From Candidatus Latescibacterota bacterium (GTDB lineage: Bacteria > Latescibacterota > UBA2968), in the NCBI GenBank assembly GCA_965222605.1, contig OZ244960.1:5824001-5888000 (forward strand): a stretch of DNA of 64,000 nt. Direction: 5' to 3'. Made by a program: the position numbers and the translations under genes. Shown piece by piece: positions 38,471-49,081 of this stretch (its first letter is position 1; the number at the start of each line of letters is the position of its first letter). The notes under the pieces are model-generated. The model was not told where the DNA came from. It was given only the letters and a program-made list of their open reading frames with translations, and made no database searches.

Positions 38471-41400
38471 TTGAATAATGCATTTTTCGAAAAGCCTGTC
38501 CTCAACTCGCCTTATGAGCGGCCTAACCTACATTGGGAACTGGATGGGGCAAGACAGCCAACCCAGAAAATCATCGAAAGCCGAAGGCAGGTCTCATTCA
38601 TCACGGCGGTCCCGACATCGAAGAAGCAAAGGGGATCATCCTTGAATCAAGCCTCTCTTGTGTTCGACAAGGCCGCGAGGGAGCTTGAGACCGATAATCA
38701 GCAATACGAGTTGATGCAGACTATCAATGGTGTTCGCCGACAGATTGACCGGTGGCGCGAGCTACCGAACCCGAACCAATGGCGTGTGACCGCGGAGACT
38801 GCCCGCTTGCTTCGGCACTGGCGGCACCACCAATTCAGTGGTATTCGCCCCTTTTTCTGCCAGGTGGAAGCAGTAGAAACCGCAATATGGCTCACTGAGG
38901 TTGCGCCGAACATAGGGCAGGTGGGTAGGGGATTCCTCGACCATCTGGAAAACGCTAATAACGACGCCAATCCAGATTTGTCGCGATTGGCACTCAAGTT
39001 GGCGACAGGCGCAGGGAAGACCACTGTGATGGCGATGTTGATCGCCTGGCAGACCATCAATGCGGTCCGCCGACCCCAGAGCCGCAGGTTCACGCGCGGC
39101 TTTCTGGTGGTTACGCCCGGTATTACCATTAAGGATCGCTTGCGCGTGTTGCAGCCGAATGATCCGGATAGCTATTATCAGAGCCGCGAGTTGGTGCCGA
39201 GTGACATGCTTCCCGATCTGGAAAAGGCAAAAATTGTTATCACCAACTACCACGCCTTCAAGTTGCGCGAACGCATGGAATTATCCAGAGGCGGGCGTTC
39301 CTTGCTTCAAGGACGGGGCGATGCACTAACGACCCTGGAGACCGAGGGACAGATGCTGCAACGGGTGATGCCCGAACTCATGGGCATGAAGAATGTCATG
39401 GTTCTCAACGATGAGGCGCACCACTGCTATCGGGAGAAGCCGGGTGAGCAGGAAGAAGGCAGGCTTACGGGAGACGATAGGCAGGAAGCTAAAAAGAATG
39501 CGGAAGCTGCGCGGCTATGGATTTCCGGGCTTGAAACGGTGGGTAAAAAGCTCGGTATTAACCGGGTGATGGATCTTTCTGCGACGCCTTTCTTTTTGCG
39601 CGGGTCGGGTTATCGCGAAGGAACATTGTTTCCCTGGACGATGTGCGACTTCTCGCTGATGGACGCCATCGAATGCGGCATTGTCAAACTGCCCCGGGTA
39701 CCGGTGGCGGACAATATCCCCGGTGGCGATATGCCGAAGTTCCGCAATCTCTGGGAACACATCCGCACCCGCATGCCGAAGAGGGGACGGGGTAAGTCCA
39801 AACATCTCGATCCTTTGAGTTTGCCCGTAGAGCTACAAACTGCACTGGAGGCTTTGTACGGGCATTACGAAAAGACCTTCGCGCTTATGGATGAGGCTGG
39901 TATTAGTGTTCCGCCGTGCTTTATAGTGGTCTGTAATAATACCTCGACTTCCAAGCTGGTTTACGATTATATTTCTGGCTTCCACCGCGAAAACGATGAT
40001 GGCTCAACGACGTTTGAAAACGGGCGTCTTGGGTTGTTCCGCAACTTTGACGAATATGGCAACCCGTATCCACTGCCTCGCACCTTGTTGATCGATAGCC
40101 ATCAACTGGAGTCTGGTGATGCACTGGATAGTAACTTCCGCAAGATAGCCGCTGAGGAGATCGATCGTTTCCGACGGGATCGCATCACGCGCACGGGCGA
40201 CCGCGAGCAGGCTGAGAAGATCACCGACCAGGAGCTTCTCCGCGAGGTTATGAATACCGTTGGCAAACCCGATCAACTGGGGGCTTCGATTCGCTGTGTT
40301 GTGTCGGTATCAATGCTCACTGAAGGATGGGACGCGAATACGGTCAGCCATGTACTCGGCGTTCGCGCGTTTGGAACGCAGTTGCTATGCGAACAAGTCG
40401 TTGGTCGCGCGTTGCGGCGGCAATCTTATGATCTCAACGATGATGGTCTGTTCGATGTCGAGTACGCAGATGTATTGGGGATCCCCTTTGATTTTACGGC
40501 GAAGCCTGTTTCAGTGTCACCTCGGCCGCCGCGGGAAACTGTGCAGGTGAGGGCCGTGCGCCCCGAAAGGGATGAACTCGAGATTTATTTTCCGCGGGTA
40601 GCTGGGTACCGGGTGGAATTGCCCGAAGAGAGGCTCACTGCGGAGTTCAACGAGGATTCAGTGCTGGAACTCACGCCGGATATGATTGGGCCGTCGCATA
40701 CGACGAATCAGGGGATTATTGGCGAGGGTGTCGATCTCAATCTGGTTCACACAGGCGATCTTCGTCCTTCGACCCTTCTCTTTCACCTCACCCGTCGGTT
40801 GCTTTATACGAAGTGGCGCGATCCGGATGAGGATCCGAAGATGCATCTCTTTGGACAACTCAAGAGCATCACCAAACAATGGCTTGATGGTTGTCTTGTT
40901 TGTAAAGGTGGCACGTATCCCGCGCAACTTATGTATCAGGCACTGGCTGACATAGCCTGCGAGCGCATCACGGCTGCCATCACGCGAGCAAAAATCGATA
41001 GTCGTCCTGTCAAAGCGGTGCTCGATCCGTATAACCCTATCGGTTCCACCGCGCATGTCAACTTCAACACGTCTAAGACCAGTCGCTGGGAGACCGACGC
41101 CCGCCGTTGCCATATCAATTGGGTTGTCCTCGATAGCGATTGGGAAGCAGAGTTTTGCCGCGTGGTCGAAGCTCATCCTCGTGTCAGAGCGTATGTGAAG
41201 AACCACAATCTGGGGTTGGAAGTACCTTACCGCTACGGCTCTGAAACGCGGACGTATATCCCGGACTTTATTGTTCTGATTGATGATGGCCGTGGCGACG
41301 ACGATCTCTTGCATCTCATCGTTGAGATCAAAGGCTATCGCAGAGAGGATGCCAAAGAGAAGAAGACGACTATGGACACCTATTGGGTACCCGGTGTGAA

Positions 41401-41539
41401 TAATCATGGTCGCTATGGTCGTTGGGCCTTTGCCGAGTTCACAGACGTCTATGAGATAGAGTCGGAATTTGAGGCCAAAATGGAGGCGGTATTTGATGAG
41501 ATGATTGAACAAAACGCCGCGCATTGCGTTTCTATGTGA
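38471..41539 (+). CDS. res: type III restriction enzyme Res subunit (BPTD_3080-like)
   Basis: LATGAGKT, NDEAHHCY, SATP, MLTEGWD, EQVVGRALRR, PDF...VEIKG. Confidence 0.9.
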   Translation: MNNAFFEKPVLNSPYERPNLHWELDGARQPTQKIIESRRQVSFITAVPTSKKQRGSSLNQASLVFDKAARELETDNQQYELMQTINGVRRQIDRWRELPNPNQWRVTAETARLLRHWRHHQFSGIRPFFCQVEAVETAIWLTEVAPNIGQVGRGFLDHLENANNDANPDLSRLALKLATGAGKTTVMAMLIAWQTINAVRRPQSRRFTRGFLVVTPGITIKDRLRVLQPNDPDSYYQSRELVPSDMLPDLEKAKIVITNYHAFKLRERMELSRGGRSLLQGRGDALTTLETEGQMLQRVMPELMGMKNVMVLNDEAHHCYREKPGEQEEGRLTGDDRQEAKKNAEAARLWISGLETVGKKLGINRVMDLSATPFFLRGSGYREGTLFPWTMCDFSLMDAIECGIVKLPRVPVADNIPGGDMPKFRNLWEHIRTRMPKRGRGKSKHLDPLSLPVELQTALEALYGHYEKTFALMDEAGISVPPCFIVVCNNTSTSKLVYDYISGFHRENDDGSTTFENGRLGLFRNFDEYGNPYPLPRTLLIDSHQLESGDALDSNFRKIAAEEIDRFRRDRITRTGDREQAEKITDQELLREVMNTVGKPDQLGASIRCVVSVSMLTEGWDANTVSHVLGVRAFGTQLLCEQVVGRALRRQSYDLNDDGLFDVEYADVLGIPFDFTAKPVSVSPRPPRETVQVRAVRPERDELEIYFPRVAGYRVELPEERLTAEFNEDSVLELTPDMIGPSHTTNQGIIGEGVDLNLVHTGDLRPSTLLFHLTRRLLYTKWRDPDEDPKMHLFGQLKSITKQWLDGCLVCKGGTYPAQLMYQALADIACERITAAITRAKIDSRPVKAVLDPYNPIGSTAHVNFNTSKTSRWETDARRCHINWVVLDSDWEAEFCRVVEAHPRVRAYVKNHNLGLEVPYRYGSETRTYIPDFIVLIDDGRGDDDLLHLIVEIKGYRREDAKEKKTTMDTYWVPGVNNHGRYGRWAFAEFTDVYEIESEFEAKMEAVFDEMIEQNAAHCVSM

Positions 41540-41554
41540 CCGATTGAGGAATCC

Positions 41555-41723
41555 ATGAGAGAGAAAGTTTATATTGAAACGACAGTGATTAGCTATCTGA
41601 CTGCTTGGCGAAGTCCACAACTCTTGATGGCAGCACATCAAGAAGCAACGCGAATTTGGTGGGACGAACAGAAAAATAGATTCGACCGTTCTTTGTACCC
41701 CTCTCGAATTGATTGAGGAATAA
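41555..41723 (+). pseudogene. PIN-domain toxin with internal deletion
   Basis: MREKVYIETTVISYL...HQEATRIWW, then C-terminal CTPLELIEE* in another frame. Confidence 0.7.
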
Positions 41724-41727
41724 GCTC

Positions 41728-41904
41728 ATGCGACCAGACCCAATCGTAGAAGAAGTTCGTAAAATACGCGATGCGTATGCTAAGCATTTCAATTATGACC
41801 TGGATGCGATTTGCCGAGATTTACAAGAGAAACAGAGGCTGGGCAAAAGAAGAGTGGTTTCTTTGCCGCCCAAACGCCCGAGAAAAATGAACGGCAACGG
41901 TTAG
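41728..41904 (+). CDS. small putative antitoxin (DPIVEEVR family)
   Basis: DPIVEEVRKIRDAYAKHFNYDLDAI, of the type that follows this PIN family. Confidence 0.65.
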   Translation: MRPDPIVEEVRKIRDAYAKHFNYDLDAICRDLQEKQRLGKRRVVSLPPKRPRKMNGNG

Positions 41905-41958
41905 AAGCTGTTTTTAAACTCATTCTGTTCCCATCCCTGCCTATGACCAGGATACGTG

Positions 41959-42252
41959 ATGATGAATAGAGATGAAGTTCTGAATGTGCTCCGAGCGCAC
42001 AAGCCGATTCTTTCGCAACGCTTTGGCGTCACAGAACTCGCCTTGTTTGGGTCCTTTGCCCGCGACCAGGCGACGGACACCAGCGATGTTGATATTTTAG
42101 TGCGGTTCGGCACACCGCTCAATTGGCAACGCTACTTTGGAACGCAAGGCTACCTGGAAGACCTGCTTGGTCGGCCAGTAGATTTGGCAACTGACCAGGA
42201 TCTGCGCGTCGAGATACGGCCCTACGTAGAACGGGAGGTGATCGATGTCTAA
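41959..42252 (+). CDS. minimal nucleotidyltransferase (MNT antitoxin)
   Basis: LFGSFARD...SDVDILV...LEDLLGRPVDL. Confidence 0.88.
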   Translation: MMNRDEVLNVLRAHKPILSQRFGVTELALFGSFARDQATDTSDVDILVRFGTPLNWQRYFGTQGYLEDLLGRPVDLATDQDLRVEIRPYVEREVIDV

Positions 42253-42298
42253 TGCCGAGCAGGGACCACGAGAGTGGCGCTTGTATGTGGGGCTATAA
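42245..42298 (+). pseudogene. HEPN/DUF86 toxin 5' remnant
   Basis: Overlapping start MSNAEQGPREWRLYV then stop; position after MNT. Confidence 0.5.
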
Positions 42299-42405
42299 GC
42301 TAAATGGACATGGGTTGACAAATGGAGACTTATACTCTATTCTATAATACTTTGTCAATATCAGAAAGGATAAGCCAGATACCAGAAGGATCTTTAGCGA
42401 ATTTA

Positions 42406-42810
42406 ATGGCAAATATCAAAGTCAAGTGGCTCATATATACTGTGCTCGTGGGTGTCATACCTGCTCTCTTGCGAATATTGATATGGCTTATCTCACAGGA
42501 CAGAACGATGGATATCTTCAACGCCTCAGACTTCGTGGCGTTTGGATTGATCTTACATATATCCAATATCAATGAAATAGAGCATTTCAATGATCACGAA
42601 AAATCTTGGAAAACAATTCAAAACGGGATCTCAATTGGTTTTATATCACTCTATAGTGTCTTATTCACGGCTTACTTATTGGGACAATCTAACCCTGGAT
42701 TGATCAGGGGTGAGACCATAAAATATATTTCTATGGTCTCCAGTCTTGTGTCGTTTCTCTTGAGTTTCTCCGTATATAATAGAGTATCGAAACTGGTTGA
42801 GGAGGAATAA
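42406..42810 (+). CDS. 4-TM hypothetical membrane protein (AT-rich)
   Basis: Four hydrophobic segments; start approximate. Confidence 0.65.
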   Translation: MANIKVKWLIYTVLVGVIPALLRILIWLISQDRTMDIFNASDFVAFGLILHISNINEIEHFNDHEKSWKTIQNGISIGFISLYSVLFTAYLLGQSNPGLIRGETIKYISMVSSLVSFLLSFSVYNRVSKLVEEE

Positions 42811-42811
42811 A

Positions 42812-42928
42812 ATGTTTGAAACTATCCTTATCATAGTCTCAATTTTGGTTGCAATAATGGGTGTTGGTGTGGCGACCTGGTCTATTATGGACACGAGAAA
42901 ACGGTTGAACGATAAATCTGAGGGATAG
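42812..42928 (+). CDS. small single-TM peptide
   Basis: RBS GGAGG; MFETILIIVSILVAIMGVGVATWSIMDTRKR. Confidence 0.5.
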   Translation: MFETILIIVSILVAIMGVGVATWSIMDTRKRLNDKSEG

Positions 42929-43062
42929 ACCACAGGTGCTGAAAAGCCCAATTTTTGATTCATAACCGCCCCTTGGCAGTACGTCTTGCTCCTCTCGCAC
43001 AGCGAGGGTAATCATGAGTGAGACCGATCCCCTGGGGCTTTTTTTTCGGAGGCTTGAGTTAA

Positions 43063-43215
43063 ATGGCTCGAAGGACGCGCGCTAGATCCCCAAAGACTGT
43101 CGATACTATCCGACACTCGGACGCATCGCGAAAGAACATCCCCATAGCCGAGTATCAGGCTGTAATGGCGGACCATGAGCGAAGTCCCATTCAGGTCGCG
43201 TATGAGCGGCGTAAT
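43063..43215 (+). pseudogene. duplicated 5' remnant of type III mod
   Basis: PKTVDTIRHSDASRKNIPIAEYQAVMADHERSPIQVAYERRN, close to the start of 43682. Confidence 0.8.
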
Positions 43216-43228
43216 CAGAGAGAGACCA

Positions 43229-43474
43229 ATGAAGACGACCATTGACATCCACGACGAGTTGCTGACCCGAGCGATACGGTACGCGAAAAACACCGGGCGC
43301 CCATTACATGCCGTAGTAGAAGAGGGCCTGCGCCAAGTGCTTCCCGCGTCGCCCGGTAGCCGCTACCGCCTACCCGACCTGAGCGAAGGGAAGGCTGGTG
43401 CGGACGACCCGCTGGCAGAGTACTCATGGCAGGAGTTGTGCAGAATAATCTACGAAGAACCGGAGGAGCAATGA
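43229..43474 (+). CDS. vapB: VapB-like antitoxin
   Basis: MKTTIDIHDELL...VVEEGLR. Confidence 0.8.
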   Translation: MKTTIDIHDELLTRAIRYAKNTGRPLHAVVEEGLRQVLPASPGSRYRLPDLSEGKAGADDPLAEYSWQELCRIIYEEPEEQ

Positions 43475-43659
43475 TCGCCATATTGAAGGACTTTATATGT
43501 CGTCCAGGGGTGAGTGGGGGCGTTATACATGATGCCCGAGTTGCTGCCATTTGCGTCGCCCACGGTATTGATGCACTGCTCACCCGAGATCGCGATTTCT
43601 CATTGTTTCCGGAGTTGAAAACACGCAATCCGTTCGAGCCGCCAGCAGGCAGTGGTTAG
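43471..43659 (+). pseudogene. VapC toxin with internal deletion
   Basis: MIA joined directly to ...IHDARVAAICVAHG...LTRDRDFSLFP; the N-terminal VDTN motif is missing. Confidence 0.75.
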
Positions 43660-43681
43660 AATATTCTGGAGGATATGAACG

Positions 43682-46651
43682 ATGCCCAGATCAAAACGCA
43701 TACCCAAGACCGTGGAAGCCCTGCGGCACAAGGACGCATCACGAAAGAATATCCCCACAGTCGAATATCAGGCTGTGATGGCGGACGATGAGCGAAGCCC
43801 CATCCAGGTTGCGTACAAACGCCGCAACCGCGACCTCGATCCCCAATTGGTATGGCGTGGCAAGGATGAACAGGATTGGTCAGATTTGGTGGTACAGGCG
43901 CCGCCTCTGTACATTCAAGAGAAGGTTCACCCCAAGGTGCTGATCGACGATTTGATGCGCCAGAGCGAGGAAGACGTTGCGAGTGAGTCGGGCTTCCAGA
44001 CCGATCTCTTCGCCGATTTCAATGGCCTGCCTTCAGAGGATGCTAAGACCGAGTTCTATCAGCACGACGCCAACTGGTCGAACCGCATGATCCTCGGCGA
44101 TAGCTTGCAGGTGATGGCATCGCTGGCTGAGCGCGAAGGACTGCGCGGCAAGGTGCAGTGCATATACATTGACCCGCCTTATGGGATTAAGTTCAATTCT
44201 AATTTCCAGTGGTCAACCACCAGCCGAACCGTGCGAGACGGCAAAGCCGAGCACATTACCCGAGAGCCGGAGCAAGTGAAGGCGTTTCGGGATACATGGC
44301 GGGATGGGATTCATTCGTATTTGACATATCTGCGGGATCGGCTGGCTGTGGCGCGGGATTTGTTGACGGAGAGTGGTTCTGTATTTGTACAGATTGGGGA
44401 CGAGAATGTACATCGGGTGCGGGCGGTGATGGATGAGGTGTTTGGGGAGGAGAATTTTGTTGCAGGAATAGTAATCACTAAAACGACCAGCGCAACTTCT
44501 CTTTATATGGCTGGAATTTGCGACTATATCCTTTGGACTGCGAAGAATTACAAAGCGTTGAAATATCGCCAGCCATTCCGCGAAAAAAGGGCAGGCGAAG
44601 CAGGAGCTGCTTTATACAACCGCATTCAAAGTGCCGATGGGGGAACCGTTCGCGCCTTGTCCAAAGGTGAAGACTACGAGCGAGATTTTTCAAATGAAGG
44701 TTGGTTTCTCGTAACATCTGACAATTTTTTGTCACAGTCTGGGGGACGGACCACACAGCAGCCGTTTTTATTTCAAGGAGAAGTGTATAGACCATCAAGC
44801 GGAGGGTGGAAAACAAACTCGGAAGGAATAAAGCGTCTAATTGCAGCGTCTCGTATAACTAAAGGTGGACGAGCACCGCGATATATCCGCCGCATTAAGG
44901 ATTTTCCCGTATCTCCTGTTGCAAATGTTTGGGATGATATGTTGACAGGAAGTTTTACTGAAGAAAAGAGATATGTAGTACAGACTGCGGAGAAGATTGT
45001 CCAACGCTGTATTCTCATGGCCACCGACCCCAGCGACCTCGTTCTCGATCCAACTTGTGGCTCTGGCACAACCGCGCATGTCGCCGAACAGTGGGGACGC
45101 CGCTGGATCACGATTGATACCTCTCGTGTCGCGCTGGCGCTGGCTCGTGCCCGCATCATGGGCGCACGTTATCCCTATTACCTGCTTTCCGATAGTCGTG
45201 AGGGGCAGTTGAAAGAGGCAGAGATCGAGCGCAGAGTCCCCTCAGATGCGCCCACCTATAACAACATCCGCCAGGGCTTCGTGTACGAGCGCGTGCCTCA
45301 CATCATGCTTAAGGACATCGCCAATAACGCTGAGATTGACGTGATTTGGGAGGACTTTCAGAAAAAGTTAGAACCGTTGCGTGAGAAATTAAACAGCATA
45401 CTCGGCAAGGCATGGGAGGAGTGGGAGATTCCGCGCGAGGCGGGCGATCCCTGGCCTGAGCCAGCGGCGAAGGCGTTGCACAGGATTCAGCAGGCAAAGA
45501 CCAACAGCACAAAGGCGAGAGCCTTGACTGCGCTCAACAGCGCACTGAGCCGCGCGTACACTTTAGACGATGTGCCAGACAAGCCCTTTGACCCGTGGAC
45601 GAACGCGGAGGCGATTGAATGCCACCGCCAATGGTGGAAGCAACGAATCGCACGGCAAAAGAAGATTGATGGCTCCATCGCGGCGAAGGCGGACTATGAA
45701 TATCTCTACGACAAGCCCTACGAAGATCGAAATAAGGTGCGCGTTGCTGGTCCGTTCACGGTAGATAGCCTGTCACCACACCGCTTGCTGGCTGTTGATG
45801 AGAACGACGAACTCATCGGTAATATCGCGGAAGCCAGGCTCGGCTATGGAGACAACTTCGATAGAAGTTCAAATCAGGACTTCGCTACCATGATCCTGGA
45901 ACACCTCAAGACCTCTGGCGTCCAGCAGGCGCACAAAGAGGACCGGATCTCGTTCTCTGGGATCAGACCCTGGCCCGGGGATCTCGTCTGCGCCGAAGGG
46001 ACCTATTTTGAGGGTGACGAGGATTCCGGGATCCAAAAGCGCGCTGGCATTTTCATCGGCCCGGAATTTGGCACGGTTGCACGCCCTGATCTCGTGCAAG
46101 CCGCACGCGAGGCTGCAGACGCCGATTTTGATGTTTTGATCGCCTGCGCCTTTAACTATGAAGCCCATGCCTCGGAGTTCAACAAGCTCGGTCGCATTCC
46201 TGTCCTCAAATCACGGATGAATGCCGATCTCCACATGGCCGATGACTTGAAGAATACCGGCAAAGGCAACCTCTTCGTTATCTTTGGCGAACCTGATATT
46301 GATATTCTCGATGCGGATGACGACCAAATCAAGGTTAAGATCAATGGCGTTGATGTGTTTCATCCCAACACTGGTGAAATCCGCAGCGACGACACCGGCG
46401 ATATTGCCTGCTGGTTTGTCGATACCGATTACAACGAGGAGAGTTTCTTCGCCCGTCACGCCTATTTTCTTGGTGCAAATGATCCGTACAAATCCCTCAA
46501 GACCACCCTCAAATCCGAAATCAATCAGGAAGCCTGGGCTACGCTCAAAAGCGATACATCCCGGCCTTTTGACAAACCAAAATCTGGCCGCATCGCTGTG
46601 AAGGTGATCAACCATCTGGGGGATGAGGTGATGAAGGTGTTTCGGGTGTGA
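43682..46651 (+). CDS. mod: type III R-M adenine methyltransferase Mod
   Basis: YIDPPYG, VLDPTCGSGTT, IAVKVINHLGDE. Confidence 0.92.
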   Translation: MPRSKRIPKTVEALRHKDASRKNIPTVEYQAVMADDERSPIQVAYKRRNRDLDPQLVWRGKDEQDWSDLVVQAPPLYIQEKVHPKVLIDDLMRQSEEDVASESGFQTDLFADFNGLPSEDAKTEFYQHDANWSNRMILGDSLQVMASLAEREGLRGKVQCIYIDPPYGIKFNSNFQWSTTSRTVRDGKAEHITREPEQVKAFRDTWRDGIHSYLTYLRDRLAVARDLLTESGSVFVQIGDENVHRVRAVMDEVFGEENFVAGIVITKTTSATSLYMAGICDYILWTAKNYKALKYRQPFREKRAGEAGAALYNRIQSADGGTVRALSKGEDYERDFSNEGWFLVTSDNFLSQSGGRTTQQPFLFQGEVYRPSSGGWKTNSEGIKRLIAASRITKGGRAPRYIRRIKDFPVSPVANVWDDMLTGSFTEEKRYVVQTAEKIVQRCILMATDPSDLVLDPTCGSGTTAHVAEQWGRRWITIDTSRVALALARARIMGARYPYYLLSDSREGQLKEAEIERRVPSDAPTYNNIRQGFVYERVPHIMLKDIANNAEIDVIWEDFQKKLEPLREKLNSILGKAWEEWEIPREAGDPWPEPAAKALHRIQQAKTNSTKARALTALNSALSRAYTLDDVPDKPFDPWTNAEAIECHRQWWKQRIARQKKIDGSIAAKADYEYLYDKPYEDRNKVRVAGPFTVDSLSPHRLLAVDENDELIGNIAEARLGYGDNFDRSSNQDFATMILEHLKTSGVQQAHKEDRISFSGIRPWPGDLVCAEGTYFEGDEDSGIQKRAGIFIGPEFGTVARPDLVQAAREAADADFDVLIACAFNYEAHASEFNKLGRIPVLKSRMNADLHMADDLKNTGKGNLFVIFGEPDIDILDADDDQIKVKINGVDVFHPNTGEIRSDDTGDIACWFVDTDYNEESFFARHAYFLGANDPYKSLKTTLKSEINQEAWATLKSDTSRPFDKPKSGRIAVKVINHLGDEVMKVFRV

Positions 46652-46680
46652 GACGGGGTACAACTGCGACAGCAGTTCAC
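46650..46680 (+). repeat. hairpin mini-element copy
   Basis: GAGACGGGGTACAACT-GC-GACA-GC-AGTTCAC at the mod stop codon. Confidence 0.6.
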
Positions 46681-46709
46681 TGGCTTGTCCCTAAAACGGG
46701 AGATATGTC

Positions 46710-47699
46710 ATGGCTAACGCAGAGCAACTCAAAGCATTGCTGAAGTCGCACATGGAAGGCGACGACGACCGCTTTTTCTCGGTCGCTATGCAGGTTGCCG
46801 CCCACGAAGCGAAACTGGGCCACGGCAAACTCGCGAAAGAAATGCGGACCATGATTGACGAAGCCAAGGGTCGTCGTGGCGTGGATTCGCTGGTGCCGAT
46901 TGGTCGTCCGTCTGGTGAGTTGGCGAACTTATTGGAAGCCTCTTATCCAAAGACTCGGCTGAGTGATATGGTTCTGGATGATGCTCTCGCCGAGCAGATC
47001 AAGCGCGTCATTCGAGAGCAACGTCATGCTGGGCGGATTGTGGAGCATGGCCTTTCACCCAGGCGCAAGTTGCTGCTGACAGGCCCTCCTGGTACGGGTA
47101 AGACGCTAACCGCGTCTGTCCTTGCCGGCGAACTCGGTCTTCCTCTTTTTCAAGTCCGTCTCGATGGCCTTATCACCAAGTACATGGGGGAAACTGCGGC
47201 CAAGCTGAGGCAGATATTCGATGCTACCAGCCGAACCCGGGGGATTTATTTTTTTGATGAGTTCGACGCTATCGGTTCGCAGTGCGGACCCACCAATGAT
47301 GTGGGCGAGATTCGTCGAGTGTTGAACAGCTTTTTGCAGATGATTGAGCAGGATCGTTCTCATAGCCTTGTTGTAGCGGCGACGAATCATCTCGGAATAC
47401 TTGACCATGCGCTCTTCCGCCGATTCGACGATATTTTACACTACGACCTGCCCGATAAGTCACAGATCGCGAAGCTTTTGAAAACCCGCCTCGCGGGAAA
47501 TGCCGCCAAGAGGATCCGGTGGGAGAGTTTGGCCGACCTCGCTATGGGATTGAGCTACGCGGAAGTTACCCGCGCTGCAAATGAAGCCTTGAAGGACGCA
47601 CTGATCCATGATTGCGCCCGGGTTCGTTTAGCGGACATCAGGACAATGCTCACCGAACGCAAAAGCGTCGCTGAGAGACTGAAAAATAAAAGCGAATAA
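46710..47699 (+). CDS. AAA+ ATPase (IetA-like partner of S8 protease)
   Basis: GPPGTGKT, FFDEFD, AATN, ALFRRFD. Confidence 0.88.
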   Translation: MANAEQLKALLKSHMEGDDDRFFSVAMQVAAHEAKLGHGKLAKEMRTMIDEAKGRRGVDSLVPIGRPSGELANLLEASYPKTRLSDMVLDDALAEQIKRVIREQRHAGRIVEHGLSPRRKLLLTGPPGTGKTLTASVLAGELGLPLFQVRLDGLITKYMGETAAKLRQIFDATSRTRGIYFFDEFDAIGSQCGPTNDVGEIRRVLNSFLQMIEQDRSHSLVVAATNHLGILDHALFRRFDDILHYDLPDKSQIAKLLKTRLAGNAAKRIRWESLADLAMGLSYAEVTRAANEALKDALIHDCARVRLADIRTMLTERKSVAERLKNKSE

Positions 47700-47719
47700 T
47701 GGAAGGAGTATAGCTGCAA

Positions 47720-48320
47720 ATGGCGGAGGGAACCGAAGGACGAAATCGGCATTTTATACTGGAAGGTTTTACATCTACAGAGGCATATCGTTCTACGCAG
47801 CAAGGCGGAAGGCGTTCAAATGTGCCAGGGCGTGACCAGGTTAGACATGGCAGAGTGTTACAACGCCAGATTTATAAACTTCGGGAGGAGGCAGACTCGA
47901 CTCGAAAAACTCAGCAGGATGCAGGAATTGAGGAAGGGTTGGGGCTTCAGGTTGAGTTTGAGAGTTTCCCTGATGTCGAATTGGCCTTTGAGAGCCTGGC
48001 GCGAGAGCGTTCTGGGATTGAACTGCTGAATGTTCGTCATGAAGAAAACCGAACTCTCGCCACCGTCTTTGTGCCCGATGGCAAGCTGGAGATATTTGAA
48101 AATCTGGTCAGGGCATACCTCGACGAGTCTAAGAATACGAAGACTGGACCAAAGTATCACAGATTGCTGAATGCAATTTCTGCGATCAGGGCGGCAAGCC
48201 TCCAAGCACTTTGGACAGATGCTAATGAAGAATTTTCCGATGCTGAAGAAGGATCTCTTTGGTGAGAAGTGTGGTTGCCTGTCCGGGGAGATCGACAGGC
48301 AGTGGTCAATGCGTTTCTTC
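47720..48320 (+). pseudogene. S8 peptidase (IetS-like) N-terminal remnant
   Basis: IELLNV, ATVFVP, LWTD, then LW*EVWL (TGA where WWEVWL is expected). Confidence 0.75.
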
Positions 48321-48409
48321 TGGGGATTATGTAGGATAGTGCCGAAACCTAAGACATTGTTAAACGACAAATTGTCGTTTTTGATTTGCGAAATAGTCCT
48401 TTAACACAC

Positions 48410-48450
48410 AAAGCCGTACTTCCGTTAGATTTTAACGGAAGTACGGCTTT
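48410..48450. terminator. strong bidirectional hairpin
   Basis: AAAGCCGTACTTCCGTTA-gattt-TAACGGAAGTACGGCTTT. Confidence 0.55.
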
Positions 48451-48652
48451 GCTCGCATATATCTCATCAGCTTATTTGCTCTGTTAAAGTTTAACATCTG
48501 CTGGCTACTCGCGGGGCAGGCGCATGAAACCATCAAAAGCACTGGAGCGTCTGTACTGTTACAGTGCTTTTTGGGTTGACAAAGATTTGGCTTCCTTTAT
48601 ATTTTTGGTAATTTTCCCCAGAGAAACATTTTAATATAAAGGGAAAAAAGCC

Positions 48653-49054
48653 TTGAATGCTCACAATATTGAACCGGAAGGCTATGGTGTCTATGAGTCC
48701 GACAGATTTTGTTCACGTTTAAATAAATATCTAAAAAACCACCCCCGCGAAATGAGCAATATCAGAAATACCATTCACCGCACAATCGCCATACATGAAA
48801 GATCGAACAAATCAATCCATCAAATTGCCGCTGGCATCGGCCCTGTTAAATGTGAATTTGCAGATGTCTTTAGGGTCTCCGAACAAGGAAAAGGTGCCGG
48901 ATTAACGCCAATCCGACTGTATTTTTGTGTCAACAAAACAGAAAAGGTCCTTTACCTACTGGCCCTCGGCCCAAAGCTACCTCGTAGCCAGCAACAAGAC
49001 GACATAAACTATTGCAAAAAAGAAAGGAACATAATAAACAGTGAACAAAAATAA
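48653..49054 (+). CDS. putative RelE/HigB-like toxin
   Basis: IRLYF...LYLLALGPK...QQQDDI; upstream of an HTH gene; AT-rich. Confidence 0.55.
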   Translation: MNAHNIEPEGYGVYESDRFCSRLNKYLKNHPREMSNIRNTIHRTIAIHERSNKSIHQIAAGIGPVKCEFADVFRVSEQGKGAGLTPIRLYFCVNKTEKVLYLLALGPKLPRSQQQDDINYCKKERNIINSEQK

Positions 49055-49081
49055 AGAAGCAAAAAATAAGGGAGTAACTTA

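Noticed and set aside
43682-46651. Phase-variable mod (phasevarion)
   Set aside because: No simple-sequence repeat tract seen in the gene or its upstream region.
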